A stretch of DNA of 64,000 nt. Origin: Mycoplasmatales bacterium. GTDB lineage: Bacteria > Bacillota_I > Bacilli_A > CBDATW01. Below the pieces are notes generated by a model. That model was not told the origin of the DNA. It did not search any database and saw nothing but the letters and a program-made list of their open reading frames with translations. This document shows positions 10,499-19,127 of the stretch, piece after piece (positions within the stretch are counted from its first letter, which is position 1; the number at the start of each line of letters is the position of its first letter). The stretch covers positions 30,089 through 94,088 of the forward strand of contig CBDATW010000002.1 in the NCBI GenBank assembly GCA_965200605.1. Reading direction: 5' to 3'. The position numbers were made by a program, and so were the translations under genes.

Positions 10499-11080
10499 AT
10501 GAAGACAAAACAAATTACTTTGTTTGCAATTTGTACTGCTTTAATGTTAATTATAGGATATATTTTTGAGGCAATATTACCATTTGGTTTTATGGCCACT
10601 TACATAAGCCCATCACCAGCTGAGGGACTGCTAATCTTTTTGATTATGGTCTCTGGTTTAAAAGGGGCATATATTACACTTACAACCTATATTTTAGTTC
10701 TATTTACTCTAAAGGGATTATCACCCATATTAATTAATGAAATAGCCCTAATTCTATCGGCTAATGTAACAATAATCTTATTTTATATAACATACAAAAA
10801 AATGAAAATGCCATTTATGAAATCGGCTTTAATTACAATACTAAGTAATACAGCTATTATGACATTATCAAATGCCTACTTTATTACACCTTCATTTGTA
10901 AAACAAGTTTGAACTACATATAGCAGTGCTTTTCCAGGAATGTCTTTTGGAAAAGTAATCCAATATGTTTCAACTCCACTGCCTGTAGGAGGAGGAATCC
11001 TTCATGGATCACTTGCAAAATATGGAGCATGTTTTGGACTGGCAAAAGCAGCACAAAAAACTTATTTAATTAAAAAATAA
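10499..11080 (+). CDS. ribU: ECF-type riboflavin transporter S component (RibU-like membrane protein)
   Basis: 193-aa polytopic membrane protein directly behind the FMN riboswitch. One internal TGA. TAA 11078-80. The assignment rests mainly on riboswitch linkage. Confidence 0.6.
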
Positions 11081-11084
11081 ATAT

Positions 11085-11112
11085 AAGAATAGCATCAAGC
11101 TATTCTTTTTTA
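11085..11112 (+). terminator. intrinsic terminator after ribU
   Basis: AAGAATAGC / GCTATTCTT 9-bp stem plus a T run. Confidence 0.7.
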
Positions 11113-11140
11113 TTATGATATAATTTACTAAAAGGTAATT

Positions 11141-11794
11141 ATGGAAGAAAAAAAGAAAACTAGAGTTGAATTATATAAAGATGATATTGCTGAATCAAAA
11201 ATGTATCATTCTATTGAAAAGCAAACTGAAAATAGCTCCCAAGAACTAAAATCCCGAAAAGAATTTTTAACTAAACTTGATCAAGAGTATTTTAAACATG
11301 ATATTAAAGATCAAAGCAAAACAATCAAACCATTACAAAAAGCTAAATTATTTGATTATACATTAAGTCAAAAACTCCAAAAAATTAAAAAAACTCTAAC
11401 TGCAAATTCCTTTGATATACCATTTCGCCAATCAATTTCAGTAAAAATGGATACTGAAGATGAAATTACAAAACTAGTTAGTGATATTAAAGATAATCAT
11501 ACAAAATTCAAAAGAGATATTGATTATCATGAAATTAATTTTAATAAACAAATTTCAGAATTAAATGCCAAATGAGAAGAAATTGAAAAAAATAAAGAAC
11601 AAGATGAGCAAGATGAAGTTTTAGAAATTCAGCAAATTCATGATAATATTTTTGATAAGACTAAAGGTTATAAAATGAATCTAACCAAATCTGGTGAAGC
11701 TCAACAAATATCATTAAATCAAAAAAGAACAAAACAATTATATTACATTGGTTTAGCACTTTTGTTAATAATTATATGATTTATGAGGAGATAA
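11141..11794 (+). CDS. hypothetical coiled-coil protein with C-terminal membrane anchor
   Basis: ATG 11141, one TGA, TAA 11792-94. Charged and helical (KWEEIEKNKEQDEQDE), ending in LYYIGLALLLIIIWFMRR. Confidence 0.6.
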
Positions 11795-11795
11795 A

Positions 11796-12446
11796 ATGAA
11801 AAATGGAAACATAGCAATTGATGGACCAGGTTCATCAGGAAAATCAACTATATCCAAACTAATTGCCAAAAAATTAAATAAAAGATTTGTTTCAACTGGA
11901 TCAATTTACCGAGCAGTTGCTTATTTGGCAGTTAAAAATAATATTAATATTGCCAAGCAAGATAAAGTAACAGCATTTGCAAGCTCTTTAAAAATTTCTT
12001 TTGATAACAATAGCGAACTAGTTGCTAACGGTAAAGTATTAATTGAAGAGCTAAGAAGTGAAGAAGTTTCTAAAAATTCAGCTATTGTAGCAGCTTATCC
12101 AGGAGTGAGAAAAGTTCTTCAAGGACTCCAAAGATCAATTGCAGCTGAAGGTAATATTGTAATGGAGGGAAGAGATATTGGATCAGTTGTAATTCCAAAT
12201 GCTCAATTTAAAATTTATTTAAACTGCAATTATAAAATTAGGGCACAAAGAAGATTTGATGAAAATCAAGCAAAAGGTATTTTAGGAACATATCAAGAAA
12301 TTGAAGACGCAATAAAAGAGCGTGATTATAAAGATAAAACTAGAGAAGTATCTCCGTTGGTTAAAGTTGATGATGCAATTGAAATTGATTCATCATATTT
12401 AACTATTGATGAAGTTGTAAATAAAATTATAAAAATTGTAAAGTAG
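11796..12446 (+). CDS. cmk: cytidylate kinase
   Basis: IAIDGPGSSGKSTISKLIAKKL P-loop and the GRDIGSVV motif. Confidence 0.9.
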   Translation: MKNGNIAIDGPGSSGKSTISKLIAKKLNKRFVSTGSIYRAVAYLAVKNNINIAKQDKVTAFASSLKISFDNNSELVANGKVLIEELRSEEVSKNSAIVAAYPGVRKVLQGLQRSIAAEGNIVMEGRDIGSVVIPNAQFKIYLNCNYKIRAQRRFDENQAKGILGTYQEIEDAIKERDYKDKTREVSPLVKVDDAIEIDSSYLTIDEVVNKIIKIVK

Positions 12447-12452
12447 GATCAT

Positions 12453-13766
12453 ATGAAAAAATCCGGAACAGTAGCCATTGTTGGAAAACCTAATGTTGGG
12501 AAATCAACATTATTTAATCGTATCCTAGGAGATAGAAAATCTATTGTAGATGATCAACCCGGGGTAACAAGAGATAGGCTATATGCAAAGTGTCAATGAC
12601 TTAATCAACATTTTAATTTAATTGATACTGGAGGAATTACAATTCAAAGGGCAAAATTTCAAACAGAAATTAAAGCTCAAGTGCAAATAGCAATTAATGA
12701 AGCTGATGTTATTATTTTTGTTGTAGATGGAAATCAAAATCTTTCTCAAGATGAACAAGTTATTTCCAAAATGCTATATAAATCAAAAAAGTCAGTTTTA
12801 GTTGCAGCTAATAAAATTGATAATAAAGAAAGAGAAAATCAAAAAGAAGAATTTTGAGCATTAGGCTTAGGAGAACCTTTTGCTATTTCCTCTTCACATG
12901 GTATTGGGATAGGTGATCTATTAGATAAGGTAGTTGAAAAGCTTCCAGAAAAACATGATAAAAAACAAAGTAATGAATTAAGTTTTGCAATTATTGGAAG
13001 ACCAAATGTTGGTAAATCTTCACTTGTTAATTCATTGCTAAAAGAACAAAGAGTAATTGTTTCTGATATTAAGGGAACTACAACTGATTCAGTTGATTCA
13101 CTATTTAAAAGAAATGGGAAAACTTTTAAAGTAATTGATACAGCAGGTATTAGAAAAAGAGGAAAAATTTATGAAAAATTAGAAAAATACTCAGTTTTAA
13201 GAGCTGCTAAAGCTATTGATAAATCTCATGTGGCAATTTTAATAATCGATGCCCAAGAAGGAATAATTGAGCAAGATATGCATATTGCCCAAATTGCCCA
13301 AGAATCATTTAGACCAATAATTATTGTTGTAAATAAATGAGATAAAAAAGTTAAAAAAGAAAATCAAAAAGAAAAATACAGAAAAGAAGTTTATGGTTGA
13401 TTTAAGTTTTTACACTATGCTCCAGTTTTGTTTACATCTACAATTGATAATACAGGTTTAACAAAACTTATTGATAATATTGAACTTGTTTACCAAGCAT
13501 CATTAAAAAGAATTAAAACTGCAACATTAAATGAAGTAATCAATGAGGCATTGATATGAAAAGCACCTTCCTCATTTAATGGTGGATTATTAAATGTCTT
13601 ATTTGTTAATCAAGTCAGCACTCAACCACCCACATTTATCTTCTTTGTTAATAACAAAAATTTTCTTCATTTTTCATATAAAAGGTATCTTGAAAATAAA
13701 TTAAGAGAGTATTTTGAATTTAGTGGCACACCATTAAATCTAATTTTTAGAAACAGAAAAGAATAA
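12453..13766 (+). CDS. der: ribosome-biogenesis GTPase Der (EngA), double G domain
   Basis: [16 protein letters not shown] and a second [16 protein letters not shown], followed by a KH-like C-terminus. Five TGA-joined segments in one frame. Confidence 0.9.
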
Positions 13767-13773
13767 AAACCCC

Positions 13774-13802
13774 TTTACAATACCTTTTTTTAGACCTATA
13801 AT
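13774..13802 (+). promoter_or_regulatory. sigma-70-type promoter of hup
   Basis: TTTACA (13774-79), a 17-nt spacer, then TATAAT (13797-802). AGGAA RBS lies before ATG 13831. Confidence 0.55.
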
Positions 13803-13830
13803 ATTAAAAAATTAAAAAAAAGGAAAAAAT

Positions 13831-14108
13831 ATGAACAAACAACAACTTGTAGAAAGAATGGCAAAATCAGCTGACATTTCAAAAGCAGCAGCAGATCGTG
13901 CATTCAACGAACTATTTGATTCAATTAAAATGACTGTTAAAAAAGGAGATACAGTTACAATTTTTGGGTTTGGAACATTCTCAAGAGCTTCATACAAAGC
14001 TAAAAATGGGAGTTAATCCATCAACTGGAGAAAAAAATCAAAATTAAAGCAAGAAAAGCTCCTAAGTTCAAAGCTGGTAAAGCATTTAAAGATGCAGTAA
14101 ACAAATAA
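13831..14108 (+). pseudogene. hup: DNA-binding protein HU, interrupted by two +1 frameshifts as sequenced
   Basis: Frame A gives MNKQQLVERMAKSADISKAAADRAFNELFDSI..GFGTFSRASYKAKNG. Frame B gives VNPSTGEK. Frame C gives IKIKARKAPKFKAGKAFKDAVNK*. The shifts fall at GGG 14008-10 and A7 14031-37. Removing one base from each gives a 91-aa HU. Confidence 0.85.
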
Positions 14109-14582
14109 TTAATTATCCCAATAATTAATTATTCCTGGGTAAAGAACTTTTAGTTCTTTACCTTTTTTTATTGCCTCGTTAATATCAATGGCCTTTTTTC
14201 CATTTAAAATTAATTTATTGATTTCATCTATATCTATTTTAATAATAGTTTTATGTCTTTGAAAACATATGATAAAAAAAGATTCAACATTCATTTTTTT
14301 AATTTCAATTAAAAATCTTAATTGATTTTCTTTTATATTTTTAAAATAGAATTTATCTAAAATTGTCGATTTAGCTTCAAATTCAAAAGCCTTATTATTA
14401 ACAAAACCACGATAGTCCACATAATTTTTAGATGCTAAAAATCCTGAAACTTTATTTCCAGTTATTTTTGATATGTGAATTTTAGTAAAACGTTTTTCTA
14501 CAAAACCAATTTTATTTTTTCAAATATAATCATTTGAACGATTAATTAGTGTTTCTAAAAACATTCCTCGATTCTTTTTCAT
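14109..14582 (-). CDS. recU: Holliday junction resolvase RecU
   Basis: ATG 14582. MKKNRGMFLETLINRSNDYIWKNKIGFVEKR..DYRGFVNNKAFEFEAKST..QLRFL is RecU-like. Two TGA. The stop abuts the hup stop. Confidence 0.85.
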
Positions 14583-14682
14583 ATTATATTATTAACCCTT
14601 TTTGTAAATAATTCCTAAAATTTATTTGAATTTAAGTTTATTAAAATTATTTTTTTTTGCTATAATGATATGGAGGTAAATT

Positions 14683-15075
14683 ATGGAAAAAAAATTAACA
14701 TTTAATTCCCAAGACATAATTAATGAACAAATTGAAAAAGAATCCTATGGATATTCAATTGAGCAAGTAAACAAATTCCTCGATGTTGTTGCCCAAGATT
14801 ATGAAAAATTTCATGAAGTAGAAAAAGAACTACTTACTAAAATTAGTTCATTAAAAGATCGCTTAGATATAATGGAAAAAGATTTAAGAAAAGCCAAAAA
14901 TTCCAAGGAAGCTCTTAAAACTGAATTAGATGAAATAAGAAAAGGTGGAGCCACTGATTACTCAACAGTGCTTAAAAGAATTGCTAGCTCAGAGTCAAAT
15001 GTTTCAAAACTTGAAATAGAAATTAACTCAAAACTAGATAAAATTCTAAACACTTTACCTCAGAGTGAAAAATAG
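14683..15075 (+). CDS. DivIVA-domain protein (GpsB/DivIVA-like)
   Basis: TGCTATAAT promoter and GGAGG RBS. N-terminus FNSQDIINEQIEKESYGYSIEQVNKFLDVVAQDYEKF is a DivIVA-domain signature, followed by coiled coil. Confidence 0.75.
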   Translation: MEKKLTFNSQDIINEQIEKESYGYSIEQVNKFLDVVAQDYEKFHEVEKELLTKISSLKDRLDIMEKDLRKAKNSKEALKTELDEIRKGGATDYSTVLKRIASSESNVSKLEIEINSKLDKILNTLPQSEK

Positions 15076-15410
15076 ATGTGATTGCTGCCTTTTAGGTAGA
15101 GGAAAGTCCATGCTTGCACAAGCTGCGATGCTTGTAGTGATTACTGCCAAAGGAAAAATTAACTTTGGGCACAATTTTATTGTGACGGCTGCCATAGCTC
15201 CTAAGTTTTTATAGGGAGTGAGGCTATAAAAGTGCAAAAGAGACGAGATAAAGGGAAACCTTTTGTTTGGAACGTTGTAAACCCCGTAAGCAAGAAACCC
15301 AAATTTGGTAGGGGAAGATGAATAATCTAATTGAAGATTTACCATCCTAGATTATCTAGAGATAAATAATCACACAGTTTATGCTGAACAAAACATGGCT
15401 TACTATTTAC
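15068..15410 (+). ncRNA. rnpB: RNase P RNA (type B)
   Basis: Universal motifs GAGGAAAGTCCATGCTTGCAC (P4 5' strand) and ACAAAACATGGCTTAC (P4 3' strand). P1 can form between AAATAG (15070-75) and CTATTT (15403-08). End coordinates are approximate. Confidence 0.85.
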
Positions 15411-15434
15411 CAACCTTTTTGGGTTGGTTTTTTA
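15409..15434 (+). terminator. intrinsic terminator after rnpB
   Basis: CCAACC tttttg GGTTGG followed by T7. Confidence 0.65.
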
Positions 15435-15623
15435 TTTATGCTATAATATTAAATGTTTAATTACAAAAAGAAGTTATGGACATTAAATTAATTAGTTAAA
15501 AATTATCAAAAACATTGCATAAAACCATCAATATTATTTCTAAAATAATTAAATAATAGTTGCTGATAAAAAATAAATGATATTTATGATAAATTATGAA
15601 AATAACTATAGAGAGTAAAAAAA

Positions 15624-16223
15624 ATGAAAAAAAATAAAAATATTACACAATTACCAAACATTTTAACAATGCTAAGATTTGCCTTGGCCTTAGGCATAGT
15701 GATTCTTTTTGGATCTTGGCTTTATAAACCCACTTTAAAAATTTGAATGCCTATTTTTATCATGTTTTTTATTGGGGCAATAAGCGATATTTTAGATGGA
15801 TATATTGCTCGTAGATACAATATAAAATCAAACTTTGGAAAAATTATGGATCCAATTGCTGATAAAGCACTAATCAATACAACGATGCTAGTATTATTAG
15901 TTATTACATCAATTTCAGGTATAACAAAATTAGTTCCAATACTTTTTATTGCAATTGCCTTAATGCTAATTAGGGATGTTGCAGTAGATTCTATAAAAAT
16001 ATTTCTTGCCCTAAGTGCTAGGCCAAAAATTTCAGCAAACAAGGCTGGGAAAGTTAAAACAATAGTTCAATTTATTGCAATTTCATTTGCTCTTGTAGGT
16101 GTAGCATTTCCAAATGTCCAAATCAAAATTGATCATATATTGATTTTATTTATTACTGCAACCTGTCTATCATTGTATTCAGGTATTGTTTATATAAATG
16201 AAGCATTTAAAAATAAATATTAA
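15624..16223 (+). CDS. pgsA: CDP-diacylglycerol--glycerol-3-phosphate 3-phosphatidyltransferase
   Basis: ATG 15624. CDP-alcohol phosphatidyltransferase motif DILDGYIARRYN..GKIMDPIADK. Two TGA. Confidence 0.85.
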
Positions 16224-16230
16224 TTAATAT

Positions 16231-16254
16231 AAAAGAGCAAATAGCTCTTTTTTA
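16231..16254 (+). terminator. intrinsic terminator after pgsA
   Basis: AAAAGAGC aaata GCTCTTTT. Confidence 0.65.
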
Positions 16255-16351
16255 CTAGATGCATATCTTAAAATATTCTTTGTATAAAAAGTAGATTTTG
16301 TTATAATGATAAAGAAAAAGCTACATTTTTATAATATTGAAGGAGAACAAT

Positions 16352-17734
16352 ATGGCCAAAGTGATAAAAATGCCAAAAATGGGTAATACTGTTGAATCAG
16401 TCATTGTTGGTGACATCAAAATTAAAGTTGGTGATGAAATTAAAAAAGATCAAGTTTTATTCTCATATGAAACAGATAAATCAACAACTGAATACAAAGC
16501 TGAACAAGAAGGTAAAGTTCAAGCTATCTTAATGGAGTCAGGAGAAGAAGTGCAAGTTCTTGTACCAGTCATTGTCTTGGGAGAAGATGGAGAAGATATT
16601 TCTGAATTTATTGCAAAAAAAGAAGCGCCACAAGAAAGCACATCGAAACCTGATGCTAATGATTTAGATAAAAGTACAGAATTAAAAGAAAATAAAAGCA
16701 TCAAAAAAGATCTTTCATTTGGAGGTAAAGCCTCACCAAGAGCAAAAGCAACTGCCAAAAACTTAGGAGTTAATATTTCCAATGTTGGAGGAAGTGGGAT
16801 TGAAGGAAGAATTGTTGAAGGGGATATTCTTAGTTTTTATCATGCAGATGGGACTCTTGCAACAGGAGCTCCTGGAAACTTGCAATACAAGGAATTATTA
16901 ATTCAAGCAATTGCCAAAGAGTTAGGATTTGATATTGCAACTAATGTTGCTCAAGAAGCACCAATAGAAAAAACAGCTAAACAATTAGCTGAATACCCAG
17001 CAGGTGGAGGCATAATGGCTGATGCAACACCAATTCCCAATGGAGCTAAAAGAAAAACATTTAATCCAGTAAGAAGCGCAATTGCCTCAACAATGATGAA
17101 TTCGCTTATGCAATCAGCACAATTATCAATGGGAATTGATATTGATGCAAGTTCTTTATTAGCAGCAAGAGCAAAAATTAAAAAATTAGCTGCTGATAAC
17201 AAAAGAGCCAATTCATCAATTAATGATCTAATTGTATTTGCACTTTCAAGAATACTGCCTAAACATCCACACTTAAATGCACGTGTTGGATCTGATTTTA
17301 GTGATGAGTTTGATGTTGCCCACATTGCTGTTGCAGTAGATGCACCAAGTGGATTATTTGTTCCAGTGGTTAAAGATGCTTCTAAAAAATCACTTGATGA
17401 AATAACAGCATCGACAAAAGAATTAATCAAAAAAGCACAAGATGGAACAATTACTCCAGATGATATGGCAAATGGGACATTTACCATTTCTAACCTAGGA
17501 CTTTCAGGTATATCATTCTTTACACCAGTTTTAAATCCACCTCAAGCAGCATTGCTTGGAGTTGGTTCACCAATTAAAAGATTAAAAATGGATGATACAG
17601 GAAAAGTAATAGAATACCCAGAAATCACTCTTTCATTAACAATGGACCATAGACCAAATGATGGAATTGCTGGAACTATATTTCTAAAAGAATTAAAAGA
17701 AAGCTTAGAGAATATTGATTCTCTATTGGCATAA
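16352..17734 (+). CDS. pdhC: 2-oxoacid dehydrogenase E2 (dihydrolipoamide acyltransferase)
   Basis: AGGAG RBS and ATG 16352. Lipoyl domain with ETDKS, E3-binding region SPRAKATAKNLGV, and catalytic DHRPNDG. Confidence 0.9.
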   Translation: MAKVIKMPKMGNTVESVIVGDIKIKVGDEIKKDQVLFSYETDKSTTEYKAEQEGKVQAILMESGEEVQVLVPVIVLGEDGEDISEFIAKKEAPQESTSKPDANDLDKSTELKENKSIKKDLSFGGKASPRAKATAKNLGVNISNVGGSGIEGRIVEGDILSFYHADGTLATGAPGNLQYKELLIQAIAKELGFDIATNVAQEAPIEKTAKQLAEYPAGGGIMADATPIPNGAKRKTFNPVRSAIASTMMNSLMQSAQLSMGIDIDASSLLAARAKIKKLAADNKRANSSINDLIVFALSRILPKHPHLNARVGSDFSDEFDVAHIAVAVDAPSGLFVPVVKDASKKSLDEITASTKELIKKAQDGTITPDDMANGTFTISNLGLSGISFFTPVLNPPQAALLGVGSPIKRLKMDDTGKVIEYPEITLSLTMDHRPNDGIAGTIFLKELKESLENIDSLLA

Positions 17735-17744
17735 GGGTTAAAAT

Positions 17745-19113
17745 ATGTTTGATATAATTATTATTGGTGGGGGACCAGGAGGCTATCATCTAGCTGCAGA
17801 AGCTGGAAAAGTTGGAATGGAAGTTGCATTAATTGAAAAAGAAAGACTAGGAGGAACATGTCTTAATACTGGGTGTATTCCCTCAAAAGCTTTTCTTCAT
17901 ATTGAAAAAATTGTTAATGAAGCTAATCATTCCCATGATAATGGAGTAGTAGGTAGTCCACTTTCTATTGATCAAAATAAAGTTGTTGCCTACAAAAACA
18001 AAAAAGTGGATTTTTTAGTTTCAGGTGTTGAAGCTAAAGTTAAAGCTGCTGGAGTTAAAGTTTTTAATAGTCATGGAGAAATTCAAAAATCTCAAAATCC
18101 TGGAGAATTTAGTGTAAAAACTGATAAAGAAACTATAGTTGGAAAAAACCTAGTTATTGCTACAGGCTCAACTCCCTTTATTCCAGAATTTATTAAAGGA
18201 ACTATTGAGGGCCATAAGGATGGATATGTCATTACTTCAACTGAAGCTCTTGATTTAAAAGAGATTCCCAAAGAAATGGTTGTTATTGGTGGAGGAGTCA
18301 TTGGCCTTGAACTTGGATCATATTTTGCTTCAGCTGGTTCAAAAGTAACAATTATTGAGGCAGGACCAAAAATTGCAGGAGTTACTGATTTAGAAATTAC
18401 TGCTCAATTCCAAGAAGTATTAGAAAAAGATAAGAAAATGACTTTCCTATTAAATTGTAAAGCAAAAGAAATTAGCAAATCTCATGTGATTTATGAAGAT
18501 GAGTTAGGAAAAGAAGTTAAATTATCTCATTCTAAAGTACTTGTAGCTATTGGCCGTAAGGCTAATACTGACTGTGGGCTTGACAACATTGGAGTTAATG
18601 TTGAAAAAGGGATAATTCCCATTGATGATAAATGTAAAACAAATGTTCCTGGAGTTTGGGCAATTGGAGATGTTACTGGAAAATTAATGCTTGCCCAAAC
18701 TGCATCTAAACATGCTGAGATTGTTATTGATAACATTCTTGGAGAAAATGTTTCAATTGATTATGATAAAATTCCAATAGTAATTTATGGAGCTCCTGAA
18801 ATTGCTGAAATTGGTGTTAGTGAATTAAAAGCAAAACAAAGAGGCATTAAAGTAGAAATTAAAAAATTAGCAATGCTTTATTCAGGTAAATTTGTAATTG
18901 ATGATTTATCATATCCTGGTCTTTTTAAAGTTATCCTTAAAAAAGACACTCAAGAAATTATTGGAATGTCAGTTTTTGGAAATTCAGCATCTGAATTAAT
19001 CCATATGGGATCAATAATTATTGGGAAAAAGATTTAGTAAAAAACAAATGAGATCATTAATCTTTGCTCATCCAACTATTGGAGAAATAGTAAAAGACGT
19101 AGTGTTTAGTTAA
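17745..19113 (+). pseudogene. pdhD: dihydrolipoamide dehydrogenase E3, with a +1 frameshift near the 3' end as sequenced
   Basis: GGGPGGY FAD motif and redox CLNTGCIPSK. Frame 0 stops at 19035-37. The next frame encodes the expected C-terminus RSLIFAHPTIGEIVKDVVFS* (to 19113). Removing one A from A5 19026-30 joins the two frames. Confidence 0.85.
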
Positions 19114-19127
19114 GAAAGGAAAAAATT

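Noticed and set aside
15055-15345. 96-aa minus-strand ORF.
   Set aside because: It coincides with the RNase P RNA gene. The locally higher GC of the structured RNA removes stop codons.
16951-17487. 178-aa ORF on the minus strand inside pdhC, plus similar antisense ORFs at 16519-16782, 18092-18301 and 18527-18736.
   Set aside because: These run antisense to strongly supported E2/E3 genes. They are low-complexity Ala/Ser/Ile-rich translations with no RBS. Such ORFs are a typical shadow of a gene with few stop codons on the opposite strand.
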